Sequence record: OL615012
Reading direction: 5' to 3' (one strand)
Origin: Shigella phage vB_SboM_Phaginator
Length of the DNA: 64,000 bases
Below the pieces are notes generated by a model. It did no database searches and had not been told where the DNA came from. It saw nothing but the letters and a program-made list of their open reading frames with translations. Both the position numbers and the translations under genes were made by a program. Below are positions 48,384-59,865 of the stretch, piece by piece; position 1 is the first letter of the stretch, and each line of letters opens with the position of its first letter.

Positions 48384-49009
48384 TATAGTAACTCAAAGAA
48401 CTCTTTGAGGCCTCTTATTACATGAGCATGGGTTTTTCCACACTCTGGACATTTAATTGGAACAGCCAAATAAACGGTAGGCTTTAAAAGCATATCTTTT
48501 ATAGCTACAATATCTGACTCTGTGATGATAGAATATAAATCTTCTAGTTCCTTTTCATTTAAGTCTTCAACTGGAATGCTTTCCCCGTTAGCATGAATCG
48601 TTTCTATGCATGATACTATCATGTGGGCTATATTTTTATCATCAAAAATTTTAGGGTATCGGAATTTAATTTTAATGTCACCCAGTGTATACCAGAGGTC
48701 TTCTGGTGCATCTATTTGTGTATGTAATAGATTTATATGGGTTGGTATTTCAGTTCCACAGGTGCACTTCCAGGAGTTTTCGTGATTAACTTCACCGAGA
48801 GAATGTGCCCATAAATGAATCAACAATAGTTCTGATTCTTGGCGGTTTAAATCTTTTGCATTTGTGCAGTCTTTGATTATCTTTTTAACAATTACTTCTA
48901 CGGAACCATTATTTTTGGCAGTAATAAGTTCTAGATATTCTTTAAGCGTGAATGCGCGACAATTGATTATTTTAGAACCAACTCGCACATCAAATTTGTA
49001 TTCATACAT
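48383..49009 (-). CDS. 26: gp26 baseplate hub protein
   Basis: 208 aa, T4 gp26 length; ATGA overlap with gene 25. Confidence 0.85.
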   Translation of the reverse strand: MYEYKFDVRVGSKIINCRAFTLKEYLELITAKNNGSVEVIVKKIIKDCTNAKDLNRQESELLLIHLWAHSLGEVNHENSWKCTCGTEIPTHINLLHTQIDAPEDLWYTLGDIKIKFRYPKIFDDKNIAHMIVSCIETIHANGESIPVEDLNEKELEDLYSIITESDIVAIKDMLLKPTVYLAVPIKCPECGKTHAHVIRGLKEFFELL

Positions 49010-49030
49010 ATTTAGCTCCTTTATTTATCA

Positions 49031-49042
49031 TATTTATAAATA
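49031..49042. promoter_or_regulatory. divergent late promoters in palindrome TATTTATAAATA (gene 26 leftward, gene 51 rightward)
   Basis: Overlapping TATAAATA boxes on both strands (49031-49038 minus, 49035-49042 plus) between divergent genes 26 and 51. Confidence 0.45.
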
Positions 49043-49059
49043 GAATAAAAGGAGCATCT

Positions 49060-49812
49060 ATGGCAAACATTATTCGTTGTAAATTACCAGATGGTGTTCA
49101 TCGTTTTAAACCATTTACGGTAGAAGATTATCGAGATTTTTTGTTAGTTCGAAACGATATAGAACATCGGTCACCACAAGAACAAAAAGAAGTAATTGCT
49201 GATTTAATTGCTGATTATTTTGGAGACTATCCAAAGACTTGGCAACCATTTATATTTTTGCAGGTATTTGTAGGGTCAATAGGTAAAACTAAAGTACCAG
49301 TCACATTTGTATGTCCAAAATGTAAAAAAGAAAAGACAGTTCCATTTGAAATATATCAAAAAGAATTAAAGGAACCTGTTTTTGATGTAGCTAATGTTAA
49401 AATTAAATTAAAGTTTCCTTCTGAGTTTTATGAAAATAAAGCAAAGATGATTACTGAAAATATTCATTCCGTCCAAGTAGATGAAATTTGGTATGATTGG
49501 AAGGAAATTAGTGAATCAAGTCAAATAGAACTTGTTGATGCTATCGAGATAGAAACATTAGAAAAAATTCTCGATTCAATGAATCCTATTAATTTAACAT
49601 TGCATATGTCATGCTGTAATAAGTATGTAAAAAAATACACTGATATAGTAGATGTGTTTAAGCTATTAGTTAACCCAGATGAAATATTTACTTTTTATCA
49701 AATCAATCACACGCTCGTAAAAAGTAATTATAGCTTAAATTCAATAATGAAAATGATTCCTGCCGAGCGCGGATTCGTATTAAAACTGATTGAGAAGGAT
49801 AAACATCAATGA
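49060..49812 (+). CDS. 51: gp51 baseplate hub assembly protein
   Basis: 250 aa; AAGGAG site; position before gene 27. Confidence 0.85.
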   Translation: MANIIRCKLPDGVHRFKPFTVEDYRDFLLVRNDIEHRSPQEQKEVIADLIADYFGDYPKTWQPFIFLQVFVGSIGKTKVPVTFVCPKCKKEKTVPFEIYQKELKEPVFDVANVKIKLKFPSEFYENKAKMITENIHSVQVDEIWYDWKEISESSQIELVDAIEIETLEKILDSMNPINLTLHMSCCNKYVKKYTDIVDVFKLLVNPDEIFTFYQINHTLVKSNYSLNSIMKMIPAERGFVLKLIEKDKHQ

Positions 49813-50984
49813 GTATGTTACAACGCCCTGGATATCCAAATCTCAGCGTTAAATTATTTGATAGCTACGACGCTTGGAGTAATAATAGATTTGTTGAATT
49901 AGCTGCTACTATTACCACATTAACTATGCGGGATTCTCTTTATGGACGAAATGAAGGAATGCTGCAGTTTTATGATTCTAAAAATATCCACACAAAAATG
50001 GATGGAAATGAAATAATTCAAATTTCTGTAGCTAATGCAAACGATATTAATAATGTTAAAACACGAATTTATGGATGTAAGCATTTTTCCGTGTCAGTAG
50101 ATTCAAAAGGCGATAACATTATTGCTATTGAATTGGGAACTATTCATTCTATAGAAAATCTTAAATTTGGTAGACCATTTTTCCCTGATGCAGGTGAATC
50201 TATAAAAGAAATGCTTGGTGTCATTTATCAGGACCGCACATTATTAACTCCAGCAATAAATGCTATAAATGCTTATGTTCCTGATATTCCATGGACTAGC
50301 ACATTTGAAAACTATTTGTCATATGTCAGAGAAGTTGCTCTAGCTGTAGGAAGTGACAAATTTGTATTTGTGTGGCAAGACATCATGGGAGTTAACATGA
50401 TGGACTATGATATGATGATAAATCAAGAACCATATCCAATGATTGTCGGTGAGCCATCTTTAATAGGTCAATTCATTCAAGAATTAAAATATCCATTAGC
50501 ATATGATTTTGTTTGGTTGACTAAATCGAATCCTCACAAACGTGACCCAATGAAAAATGCTACTATCTATGCGCATTCATTTTTAGATTCTTCATTACCG
50601 ATGATTACTACAGGAAAGGGTGAAAACTCTATTGTAGTGTCAAGGTCAGGTGCTTATTCTGAAATGACTTATAGGAATGGATATGAAGAAGCTATTCGTC
50701 TTCAAACTATGGCGCAATATGACGGATATGCTAAATGTTCTACTGTCGGTAATTTTAACTTGACTCCTGGTGTTAAAATTATTTTTAATGATAGTAAAAA
50801 CCAATTTAAAACAGAATTTTACGTTGATGAAGTTATCCATGAATTATCCAATAATAACTCAGTAACACATCTATATATGTTCACTAATGCAACGAAACTG
50901 GAAACAATAGACCCAGTTAAGGTTAAAAATGAATTTAAATCTGATACTACCACTGAAGAAAGTAGTTCTTCCAATAAGCAATAA
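49809..50984 (+). CDS. 27: gp27 baseplate hub protein
   Basis: 391 aa, T4 gp27 length; ATGA overlap with gene 51. Confidence 0.9.
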   Translation: MSMLQRPGYPNLSVKLFDSYDAWSNNRFVELAATITTLTMRDSLYGRNEGMLQFYDSKNIHTKMDGNEIIQISVANANDINNVKTRIYGCKHFSVSVDSKGDNIIAIELGTIHSIENLKFGRPFFPDAGESIKEMLGVIYQDRTLLTPAINAINAYVPDIPWTSTFENYLSYVREVALAVGSDKFVFVWQDIMGVNMMDYDMMINQEPYPMIVGEPSLIGQFIQELKYPLAYDFVWLTKSNPHKRDPMKNATIYAHSFLDSSLPMITTGKGENSIVVSRSGAYSEMTYRNGYEEAIRLQTMAQYDGYAKCSTVGNFNLTPGVKIIFNDSKNQFKTEFYVDEVIHELSNNNSVTHLYMFTNATKLETIDPVKVKNEFKSDTTTEESSSSNKQ

Positions 50985-51462
50985 AGAAGTTTCTATTCCT
51001 AAAATGGGTCTTAAACATTATAATATTTTAAAAGATGTTAAAGGTCCTGATGAAAATTTAAAACTTCTTATTGATTCTATTTGTCCGAATTTATCACCGG
51101 CAGAAGTTGATTTCGTTTCTATTCATTTATTGGAATTTAATGGAAAGATTAAATCTCGTAAAGAAATAGATGGCTATACTTATGACATAAATGATGTTTA
51201 TGTATGCCAAAGATTAGAGTTTCAATACCAAGGAAATACATTTTATTTTAGACCTCCTGGAAAATTTGAACAATTTTTAACTGTAAGCGATATGTTATCC
51301 AAATGCTTGCTTAAGGTCAATGATGAAGTTAAAGAAATTAATTTTCTTGAGATGCCAGCATTCGTTTTAAAATGGGCAAATGATATTTTTACAACTTTAG
51401 CAATTCCTGGCCCTAATGGTCCAATAACCGGAATTGGCAATATTATTGGATTATTTGAATGA
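50929..51462 (+). CDS. 28: gp28 baseplate hub distal subunit
   Basis: 177 aa, T4 gp28 length; overlaps gene 27 end. Confidence 0.8.
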   Translation: MNLNLILPLKKVVLPISNKEVSIPKMGLKHYNILKDVKGPDENLKLLIDSICPNLSPAEVDFVSIHLLEFNGKIKSRKEIDGYTYDINDVYVCQRLEFQYQGNTFYFRPPGKFEQFLTVSDMLSKCLLKVNDEVKEINFLEMPAFVLKWANDIFTTLAIPGPNGPITGIGNIIGLFE

Positions 51463-53231
51463 AAAAGCCACAAGAAATGCAAACGATGCGTAGAAAAGTT
51501 ATTTCAGATAATAAACCAACACAGGAAGCGGCTAAATCCGCTTCTAACACTTTATCTGGACTTAACGATATATCTACGAAATTGGATGATGCTCAAGCTG
51601 CCTCTGAATTAATAGCTCAAACTGTCGAAGAAAAATCGAATGAAATAGTTGGAGCAATTGACAACGTAGAAAGCGCAGTGAGTGATACTACCGCAGGTTC
51701 TGAGTTAATTGCTGAAACTGTTGAAATTGGCAACAATATTAATAAAGAAATCGGTGAATCACTCGGAAGCAAATTAGATAAATTAACGAGTTTATTAGAA
51801 CAAAAAATTCAGACAGCTGGAATTCAACAAACAGGAACCAGTTTAGCTACGGTTGAAAGTGCTATTCCTGTTAAAGTTGTTGAGGATGATACAGCTGAAT
51901 CTGTGGGTCCTTTATTACCGGCTCCTGAAGCAGTTAATAATGATCCTGATGCTGATTTTTTCCCTACCCCTCAGCCAGTTGAACCCAAACAAGAATCACC
52001 AGAAGAAAAACAGAAAAAAGACGCATTTAACTTAAAATTATCTCAAGCTTTAGATAAATTAACAAAGACAGTTGATTTTGGATTTAAGAAATCCATTTCA
52101 ATTACTGATAAAATATCAAGCATGCTATTTAAGTATACTGTCAGTGCTGCTATTGAAGCTGCTAAAATGACTGCAATGATATTGGCTGTTGTTGTTGGAA
52201 TAGACCTGTTGATGGTTCATTTTAAATACTGGTCAGATAAATTTTCAAAAGCCTGGGATTTATTTAATACTGACTTTACTAAATTCTCTAGCGAAACCGG
52301 AACATGGGGTCCTTTATTACAGAGCATCTTTGATTCTATTGATAAAATTAAACAACTTTGGGAAGCGGGAGATTGGGGTGGATTGACAGCAGCTATTGTT
52401 GAAGGACTCGGAAGTGTTCTTTTTAATTTAGGTGAACTTATTCAATTAGGTATGGCTAAATTATCTGCAGCAATTCTTCGAGTCATTCCTGGTATGAAGG
52501 ATACTGCTGATGAAGTAGAAGGAAGAGCATTAGAAAATTTCCAAAATTCTACTGGAGCATCTCTCAATAAAGAAGACCAGGAAAAAGTTGCAAATTATCA
52601 AGATAAACGAATGAATGGAGACCTTGGTCCGATAGCAAAAGGATTAGATAAAATTGCTAATTGGAAAACTCGTGCATCTAATTGGATTCGTGGGGTTGAT
52701 AATAAAGAAGCACTAACTACCGACGAAGAACGCGCAGCAGAAGAAGAAAAATTAAAGCAACTTTCACCTGAAGAAAGAAAAAATGCTTTAATGAAGGCTA
52801 ATGAAGCCCGTGCCGCAATGATTCGCTTTGAAAAATATGCTGATTCAGCTGATATGAGTAAAGACTCAACGGTTAAATCAGTTGAAGCTGCCTATGAAGA
52901 CCTTAAAAAACGGATGGATGACCCGGATTTAAATAATTCACCGGCAGTTAAAAAAGAACTTGCTGCTAGATTTTCTAAAATTGATGCTACTTATCAAGAG
53001 CTCAAGAAAAATCAGCCTAATGCCAAACCTGAAACTTCTGCTAAATCGCCAGAAGCAAAACAAGTCCAGGTAATAGAAAAGAACAAAGCACAGCAAGCTC
53101 CTGTTCAACAAGCATCTCCTTCAATCAATAATACTAATAATGTTATTAAGAAAAATACTGTCGTTCATAATATGACACCTGTCACAAGCACAACTGCTCC
53201 TGGTGTATTTGATGCGACTGGAGTTAATTAA
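51459..53231 (+). CDS. 29: gp29 tail tape measure / baseplate hub protein
   Basis: 590 aa, T4 gp29 length; ATGA overlap with gene 28. Confidence 0.9.
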   Translation: MKKPQEMQTMRRKVISDNKPTQEAAKSASNTLSGLNDISTKLDDAQAASELIAQTVEEKSNEIVGAIDNVESAVSDTTAGSELIAETVEIGNNINKEIGESLGSKLDKLTSLLEQKIQTAGIQQTGTSLATVESAIPVKVVEDDTAESVGPLLPAPEAVNNDPDADFFPTPQPVEPKQESPEEKQKKDAFNLKLSQALDKLTKTVDFGFKKSISITDKISSMLFKYTVSAAIEAAKMTAMILAVVVGIDLLMVHFKYWSDKFSKAWDLFNTDFTKFSSETGTWGPLLQSIFDSIDKIKQLWEAGDWGGLTAAIVEGLGSVLFNLGELIQLGMAKLSAAILRVIPGMKDTADEVEGRALENFQNSTGASLNKEDQEKVANYQDKRMNGDLGPIAKGLDKIANWKTRASNWIRGVDNKEALTTDEERAAEEEKLKQLSPEERKNALMKANEARAAMIRFEKYADSADMSKDSTVKSVEAAYEDLKKRMDDPDLNNSPAVKKELAARFSKIDATYQELKKNQPNAKPETSAKSPEAKQVQVIEKNKAQQAPVQQASPSINNTNNVIKKNTVVHNMTPVTSTTAPGVFDATGVN

Positions 53232-53239
53232 GGAATAAT

Positions 53240-54334
53240 ATGGCAATTGTTAAAGAAATAACTACTGATTTAATTAAAAAGTCCGGTGAGAAAATTTCAG
53301 CTGGACAGAGCACTAAATCAGAAGTAGTAACTAAAACATACACTGCCCAGTTTCCAACTGGGCGTGCTAGTGGTAATGACACTACAGGGGACTTCCAGGT
53401 AACAGATCTATATAAGAATGGATTATTATTTACTGCATACAATATGTCATCTAGGGATTCTGGAAGTCTTAGATCGATGAGATCTAACTACTCTTCTTCA
53501 TCTTCGAGTATTTTACGTACAGCCAGAAACACTATTAGTAGTACAGTATCAAAACTATCAAATGGATTAATATCAAATAATAATTCAGGAACAATAAGTA
53601 AAGCTCCTGTCGCAAACATTCTTTTACCGAGATCTAAATCTGATGTTGACACATCATCGCATAGATTTAACGATGTTCAAGAAAGCCTTATCAGTAGAGG
53701 CGGAGGTACTGCTACTGGTGTGCTAAGTAATATTGCTTCAACTGCAGTATTTGGTGCACTGGAAAGTATAACACAAGGTATAATGGCTGATAATAATGAA
53801 CAGATTTATACGACAGCCAGAAGTATGTACGGCGGTGCTGAAAATAGAACTAAAGTGTTTACATGGGATTTGACTCCACGTTCAACAGAAGATTTAATGG
53901 CTATTATTAATATCTATCAGTATTTTAACTATTTTTCTTATGGTGAAACAGGTAAATCTCAATATGCTGCTGAAATAAAGGGGTATTTAGATGATTGGTA
54001 TCGTTCTACATTAATTGAACCTTTATCTCCGGAAGACGCAGCTAAAAATAAAACACTATTTGAGAAAATGACAGCAAGTTTAACGAACGTTCTTGTAGTT
54101 TCAAACCCGACAATTTGGATGGTGAAAAACTTTGGTGCAACATCTAAGTTTGATGGAAAAACGGAAATATTTGGTCCATGCCAAATACAAAGCATTAGAT
54201 TTGATAAAACACCTAATGGTAACTTTAACGGATTAGCTATTGCTCCAAACCTCCCTAGTACATTTACTCTCGAGATTACTATGAGAGAAATTATCACGTT
54301 AAACCGTGCTTCTTTATATGCGGGGACTTTTTAA
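53240..54334 (+). CDS. 48: gp48 baseplate tail tube junction protein
   Basis: 364 aa, T4 gp48 length and position. Confidence 0.85.
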   Translation: MAIVKEITTDLIKKSGEKISAGQSTKSEVVTKTYTAQFPTGRASGNDTTGDFQVTDLYKNGLLFTAYNMSSRDSGSLRSMRSNYSSSSSSILRTARNTISSTVSKLSNGLISNNNSGTISKAPVANILLPRSKSDVDTSSHRFNDVQESLISRGGGTATGVLSNIASTAVFGALESITQGIMADNNEQIYTTARSMYGGAENRTKVFTWDLTPRSTEDLMAIINIYQYFNYFSYGETGKSQYAAEIKGYLDDWYRSTLIEPLSPEDAAKNKTLFEKMTASLTNVLVVSNPTIWMVKNFGATSKFDGKTEIFGPCQIQSIRFDKTPNGNFNGLAIAPNLPSTFTLEITMREIITLNRASLYAGTF

Positions 54335-55299
54335 TGTATTCTTTAGAGGAATTTAATAATCAAGCAATAAACGCAGATTTCCAACGTAATAATATGTTTA
54401 GCTGCGTTTTCGCAACAACTCCATCAACTAAAAGCTCTTCGTTGATAAGTTCAATTAGCAACTTTTCTTATAATAACTTGGGTCTAAATTCAGATTGGTT
54501 AGGATTAACTCAAGGTGATATTAATCAGGGAATTACTACGCTAATTACAGCTGGCACACAAAAACTGATAAGAAAATCAGGGGTTAGTAAATATCTTATT
54601 GGTGCCATGAGTCAACGTACAGTTCAAAGTTTATTAGGCTCATTTACAGTTGGTACATATTTAATTGACTTCTTTAACATGGCATATAACTCATCTGGAT
54701 TGATGATATATTCTGTAAAAATGCCAGAGAATAGATTATCCTATGAAACTGACTGGAACTATAATTCTCCTAATATTCGTATAACCGGAAGAGAATTAGA
54801 CCCTTTGGTTATTTCATTTAGAATGGATTCAGAAGCTTGTAACTATCGTGCAATGCAAGACTGGGTTAACTCTGTTCAAGACCCAGTAACTGGATTACGT
54901 GCTTTGCCACAAGATGTCGAGGCAGATATTCAGGTTAATCTTCATGCTCGTAATGGATTACCTCATACTGCGGTGATGTTCACCGGATGCATTCCAATAT
55001 CAGTGAGCGCTCCTGAGTTATCATATGATGGAGATAACCAAATAACTACATTTGATGTTACTTTTGCGTATAGAGTCATGCAGGCTGGGTCGGTTGATAG
55101 ACAAGCTGCGCTTGAGTGGCTTGAATCTGCTGCTATAAATGGCATTCAAAGTGTTCTCGGAAATAGTGGAGGTGTTACTGGATTATCTAATTCGCTTTCA
55201 CGACTTAGTAGATTAGGAGGAACTGCTGGAAGCATTTCAAACATTAATACTATGACGGGAATTGTCAACTCGCAAAGTAAAATATTAGGAGCAATATAA
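54334..55299 (+). CDS. 54: gp54 baseplate tail tube initiator
   Basis: 321 aa, T4 gp54 size and position; paralogous pattern to gp48. Confidence 0.85.
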   Translation: MYSLEEFNNQAINADFQRNNMFSCVFATTPSTKSSSLISSISNFSYNNLGLNSDWLGLTQGDINQGITTLITAGTQKLIRKSGVSKYLIGAMSQRTVQSLLGSFTVGTYLIDFFNMAYNSSGLMIYSVKMPENRLSYETDWNYNSPNIRITGRELDPLVISFRMDSEACNYRAMQDWVNSVQDPVTGLRALPQDVEADIQVNLHARNGLPHTAVMFTGCIPISVSAPELSYDGDNQITTFDVTFAYRVMQAGSVDRQAALEWLESAAINGIQSVLGNSGGVTGLSNSLSRLSRLGGTAGSISNINTMTGIVNSQSKILGAI

Positions 55300-55303
55300 C
55301 AAT

Positions 55304-55330
55304 GGGGACCGAAAGGTCCCCATATTTTTT
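55304..55330 (+). terminator. rho-independent terminator after gene 54
   Basis: Hairpin GGGGACC-GAAA-GGTCCCC followed by ATATTTTTTATTT. Confidence 0.65.
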
Positions 55331-55619
55331 ATTTACGGAATGAAATAAAAGCAGCAACTGAAGCAACTAAACTGTCTTCAATATAAACTTCAATTTTTAC
55401 CGGAGCTTCTGATTCAAATTTACCTGTTACTACACCCTGAAAAATACTTTCAGTCTGTTCTGGCTTTGAAAAATTTTCAGAAGGAAAAATTCCGAACTTT
55501 TTATCTGTTCCAAAAATTTTGATAAATTCATCGTAAACTGCTTCATTAAAAGCATTATCAGCAGGAATAACGCCTTCAACTACAAGTTCTTGACCTAAAA
55601 AGCGCAAAGAAGATTTCAT
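55329..55619 (-). CDS. hypothetical protein downstream of alt
   Basis: 96-aa ORF, ATG start. Confidence 0.5.
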   Translation of the reverse strand: MKSSLRFLGQELVVEGVIPADNAFNEAVYDEFIKIFGTDKKFGIFPSENFSKPEQTESIFQGVVTGKFESEAPVKIEVYIEDSLVASVAAFISFRK

Positions 55620-55679
55620 TTTGTGTTCCTCATGTTATGTCAGTAAGATTACTATAACACAACACGAGGGACTTGTAAA

Positions 55680-57737
55680 CTACATTTTGAACTTTTTAGA
55701 CATTCCGTTAATGTTAACCAAAGAAGCTAAGATTTGAGAAACTTCGTTTTCCTCTTCTTTTGATTCTTCTACAAGGAATTGATTAAATCCAGTCATTGGA
55801 CGAACTTCACCAGTTTCCATCAAATGGTCGCCATCATATACTGATTCCTCTAATTGTTCAGAAGGAGGAACGATTGTACCTTCGATTAGATACTTGTTAT
55901 AAGCAGTTTCTTTCATAAAGTACGTACTTACTTTATTAATCTTCAGTAAAATTCCACGTGGTAGAATAACTTCAGCTTCTGATGGAAATCCTGATAAATG
56001 ACCTGGAACGATAACTTTGATTCGCTCAGCTCCTTTAATTACCATACCCACGCTAGTTTCAGCATCTTCATTAGCATATGTAGAATGACTACCCATATGC
56101 ATCAAATCTTCTGCATCAACGGAACCTTCTCCTTCACCAGAAAATACTGCGCCGGAATCATCTAGAGCCATATAGTTTTTACCATGCTCACCGAAGATAT
56201 TTGGTTTAAGCGATGTGGATACGAAGTTCTTGAAATAGAACATTTTGTTTTCAATGTTATGACGCAAAGTTTTAAAGGTAACTTCTTGACCACGGTAAAG
56301 TGTAGTTCCTGGAGGAAGAACTGAACCTTTAGCGAATGCAGAATCAAGCGTCTCAATATGTTTAATAGCTCGTTCCATATATTCTTCACGGGTAGAATCT
56401 GGTTTACCCAAAAGGAACGAGTTCATTTCAACATATGAATCTGCGCAATAATCTTCAATTACATCAGATTCAGCTTGAGTTAATCCTTTTGGAGTTACTT
56501 CGGTGCTCGCGTATTCATATGCCTGAGCGGCAGATTCATTAATCAATTTATAAATGCCATTCATGACAAATTGAATAATAGCTGTCTTTTCATCTGGTGT
56601 AGCTTTAGAACCTTTAACTAAATCATTGATAATTTTCTTAATAACATCAAAGCTATTAGAAATATTAATGTCAGCAAGATCGCTTAAAATTTTATCAGTT
56701 TTATAATCAAAGAATTCTTTATTCTTTAAATATTCTTGAGAACCTTGATATGTTATATCGCTCTGCAACTTGATAGATGGATCACGTAAACGCGCATGGG
56801 CTAATGCAATATGATTTCGGAAACTTTCTAGTTCATAATCATTAGATTTAAAACGAGAAGCACTTCTCATACCACCGATAGCTCCTTTGCTGAAGTTTGA
56901 ACCAATCTGAATAACGCCAGAGTTCATTGGTCCTTCTGCTTTATATACCGGAACTTTAGATTCAAACTCTTGATATTTCTTAGCAGCGAAGCTATCACCC
57001 TGAAGTGAAGCATCAACAGTAGAATATTGAGCTTGTGCTGCTAATCGACGACTAATTTTAGTTTTCTGAATAACAGCTTGATCAGTGCGCTTATCATTTT
57101 CTAAAGCAATAGAAGCAGCAACAGCAACAGCTTTAGGAACAGCATTTCCTGTTTTAACGTCTACATAAACATCACCAACCTTTGATTCAACTTTTGTGAA
57201 TAACTCAGTTGAAATAGGAGGTATACCTGGAATGTCTTCTAAATTGGCATTTTTACGGTAAACCATAATATATGCATATTTCTTATCATAGTCCCAGATT
57301 TCCTTTAAAAGAACATACCGACCTGCTCCTTTAGTACGTACTAAACGGTCAGCAATAACTTGCATTTGACGGGCTGCGCCATTTGTTTTACTTTTTAGTA
57401 CGCGGAATAGGCATGCATCAATTTTATACTGTTTCATTGTTTGAAGAGCAGTATCAAAAACAGCATTAATGACGCCAATTGGATTTCCACCCAAGTTTTT
57501 AAGCTTGACTAACGATAATTTCTCGTTGACACCTATCATTACGATATGCATCATTTTGTCGCCCGGCTTAACGTTTTTATTCGTATCGCCGCCAGAGGTG
57601 TATGTACAAAATCTAAATCCAGGAAGCACGCTTTCTTCGCCGACTTGGATAGCAAAAATTTGTGGTATTTTATGCTTAGGATTTAAGTTAACAACCGGCG
57701 CCGAAGCGCCGTCAAATAATTCTGTAATAAGTTCCAT
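55680..57737 (-). CDS. alt: Alt ADP-ribosyltransferase (head-packaged, injected)
   Basis: 685 aa; N-terminus MELITELFDGASAPVVNLNPKHKIPQIF; R-S-E motifs LYRGQ, FVSTSL, EAEVILPRG. Confidence 0.88.
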   Translation of the reverse strand: MELITELFDGASAPVVNLNPKHKIPQIFAIQVGEESVLPGFRFCTYTSGGDTNKNVKPGDKMMHIVMIGVNEKLSLVKLKNLGGNPIGVINAVFDTALQTMKQYKIDACLFRVLKSKTNGAARQMQVIADRLVRTKGAGRYVLLKEIWDYDKKYAYIMVYRKNANLEDIPGIPPISTELFTKVESKVGDVYVDVKTGNAVPKAVAVAASIALENDKRTDQAVIQKTKISRRLAAQAQYSTVDASLQGDSFAAKKYQEFESKVPVYKAEGPMNSGVIQIGSNFSKGAIGGMRSASRFKSNDYELESFRNHIALAHARLRDPSIKLQSDITYQGSQEYLKNKEFFDYKTDKILSDLADINISNSFDVIKKIINDLVKGSKATPDEKTAIIQFVMNGIYKLINESAAQAYEYASTEVTPKGLTQAESDVIEDYCADSYVEMNSFLLGKPDSTREEYMERAIKHIETLDSAFAKGSVLPPGTTLYRGQEVTFKTLRHNIENKMFYFKNFVSTSLKPNIFGEHGKNYMALDDSGAVFSGEGEGSVDAEDLMHMGSHSTYANEDAETSVGMVIKGAERIKVIVPGHLSGFPSEAEVILPRGILLKINKVSTYFMKETAYNKYLIEGTIVPPSEQLEESVYDGDHLMETGEVRPMTGFNQFLVEESKEEENEVSQILASLVNINGMSKKFKM

Positions 57738-57740
57738 GAT

Positions 57741-59834
57741 TTATCCTTGAACGAACTTGTAAGGCATGTTTGTAATATCTATGCAAGACGCAATAATTCC
57801 AAGAGATGATTCTACTTTCTGTTTAACATTTGATGAAACAAATGATGCAAAGTCAACTCTGTCTTCTATTTCAATATCATCTGTCATTGCAACTACTTCG
57901 CCGGTTTCCATTAAATGGTCTCCGTCATAGATTACCGATTCGGTGAGTTCTTCTGTGGTCATAACTTCAGCTTGAATGAGTTTTGTATTATTAGATGTTG
58001 TTCCGTCATTATTAGAAGCATCAGTTATTTTATTAACTTTGACCATCAATCCGCGCGGTAGAATAACTTCAGCTTCTGTTGCTATTCCGAGACTTCCTGG
58101 ATATACAACATTAACTTTATGAGCTCCATCAATTGCCCATCCTATTTGAACTTTAACGTATTCAGGATTTTCTTTATACGCTCTTATTTCGCTTGGATTA
58201 ATAGTTATTCCTTCTTCATTTTTATCAACTGTCAATTCATTACGAGCTTCTGGTTCTAAAAGACCAATACCAGCATGTGTAATTCCAAAACGTCCAAAAA
58301 TGATAGGAGTTAAAGAAGTAGATACAAAATTTCTGAAATAGAACACTTTATTTTTAACTAGTGCTTCGTATATAGGAGCAGTCATACTTTGAGCACGATA
58401 AACTGTGATGCCTTCCGGTATGCGGTCACCATTTTCAAAAGCTGAATCTAAGTTATTTATAGCAGATTCAATTTCTTTTTCACTCATTACATCATATCGT
58501 TCTGGATTGTAACGACCTAAAAGAAGATTATTGATGTCAGTATATCCTGAACCGCAATATTCTCTAATGCCACGCTTTTGTGATGGAGTATATTTAGAAC
58601 CATCACGGGCAATAGTAATATCAATCATTGGACCAGCACCAATTCCAGAAAAACTGTAAATCATTCGTTTGAGGAATTTAGTTTTTGCTGCGTTCCAGGA
58701 ATTTTTAGTTATTTCTTCCCAGACTTCATCTGGTTGTCCTTTACGAGTTTTATTATGTTTATCAAGCCAATTATCTTTATATTCTTCAAAGAATTTATTA
58801 ACAGCTGCTGCGTATTTCTCTAAACATTTTATTGAAGTAGTTGGTTCATTTTTGATTGCGTTAAAAATTACATCTTTAATTTTTTCTGAAACTTCATCAA
58901 CCTCACTTTTTGAAAAGAATTTATAGTCATAGTGAAGTTCATTCGCAGTTCCTTCGGCAATAATTTTTGCTGCCTTAGTTTTAGAAGCTAATGAATTAAT
59001 TCCAAGCTTCATTTCTTCTGCTTCGGGAATTAAAGGAGCGGTAGCAGGTTTATTGAAATTAGCTGCGGTAGATTCATACTTCTGGAATAATTCACTTTCA
59101 AATCTAGAAGATTCCAATGATTGACTTTGTGCAATTGCTCTACGGGAAATTTTAACTTTAACGATTACCGCTTGGTCAGAACGTTTATCATTTTCTTGCG
59201 CAATAGATGCTGCAATTGCCTCATTTTTAGTTACTTGGGCTCCAGTATCTTTATTGATATAAACATCACCGACCTTTGATTCAACTTTAGTAAATAGCTC
59301 GGTACTAATTTCCGGAACTCCTGGAATGTCTTCTAGTGATACATTTTTGCGATGTATAAGAATATATGCATACTTTTTATCGTAATCCCAGAGTTCCTTA
59401 AGAAGGACGTATCTGCCACCTGAACGACTACGGATAAGTCTATCAGCAATAACTTGAATTTGTCGAGCTTGGCCAGCAGTTTTAGACTTAAGAATACGAA
59501 GCATACAAGCATCAATTTTATATTGACGCATAGTTTGCATTGCAACAGTAAAAACTGAATTGATATAATTAATTGGGCTTGGACCAAGACCTTTTAATTT
59601 AGCAATTGAACCTTTAGCAGTTAATGTAAAAGGAACAATATGCATCATTTTATCGCCCATCTTTAAATCGCGATTAGTATCACCTCCAGATGTATAGGTA
59701 CATAAACGAAAGCCTGGTTGTTCAATTGCATCATCAACATGAACTGAAAAAATTTGTGGTATTTTCTTCTTTGGATTTAAGTTTGTAATCGGAAGAGTAG
59801 TATCTTCGTCAAATAATTCTGTAATAAGTTCCAT
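57741..59834 (-). CDS. second Alt-like ADP-ribosyltransferase paralogue
   Basis: 697 aa; N-terminal 230 aa and catalytic core (VYRAQ, FVSTSL, EAEVILPRG) match Alt, central region divergent. Confidence 0.8.
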   Translation of the reverse strand: MELITELFDEDTTLPITNLNPKKKIPQIFSVHVDDAIEQPGFRLCTYTSGGDTNRDLKMGDKMMHIVPFTLTAKGSIAKLKGLGPSPINYINSVFTVAMQTMRQYKIDACMLRILKSKTAGQARQIQVIADRLIRSRSGGRYVLLKELWDYDKKYAYILIHRKNVSLEDIPGVPEISTELFTKVESKVGDVYINKDTGAQVTKNEAIAASIAQENDKRSDQAVIVKVKISRRAIAQSQSLESSRFESELFQKYESTAANFNKPATAPLIPEAEEMKLGINSLASKTKAAKIIAEGTANELHYDYKFFSKSEVDEVSEKIKDVIFNAIKNEPTTSIKCLEKYAAAVNKFFEEYKDNWLDKHNKTRKGQPDEVWEEITKNSWNAAKTKFLKRMIYSFSGIGAGPMIDITIARDGSKYTPSQKRGIREYCGSGYTDINNLLLGRYNPERYDVMSEKEIESAINNLDSAFENGDRIPEGITVYRAQSMTAPIYEALVKNKVFYFRNFVSTSLTPIIFGRFGITHAGIGLLEPEARNELTVDKNEEGITINPSEIRAYKENPEYVKVQIGWAIDGAHKVNVVYPGSLGIATEAEVILPRGLMVKVNKITDASNNDGTTSNNTKLIQAEVMTTEELTESVIYDGDHLMETGEVVAMTDDIEIEDRVDFASFVSSNVKQKVESSLGIIASCIDITNMPYKFVQG

Positions 59835-59857
59835 TATAGCCTCTCTAGTGTTTATTC

Positions 59858-59865
59858 TATTTATA
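59858..59865 (-). promoter_or_regulatory. T4 late promoter TATAAATA for the alt-like/alt operon
   Basis: Exact TATAAATA on minus strand 24 bp upstream of the ATG at 59834. Confidence 0.5.
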
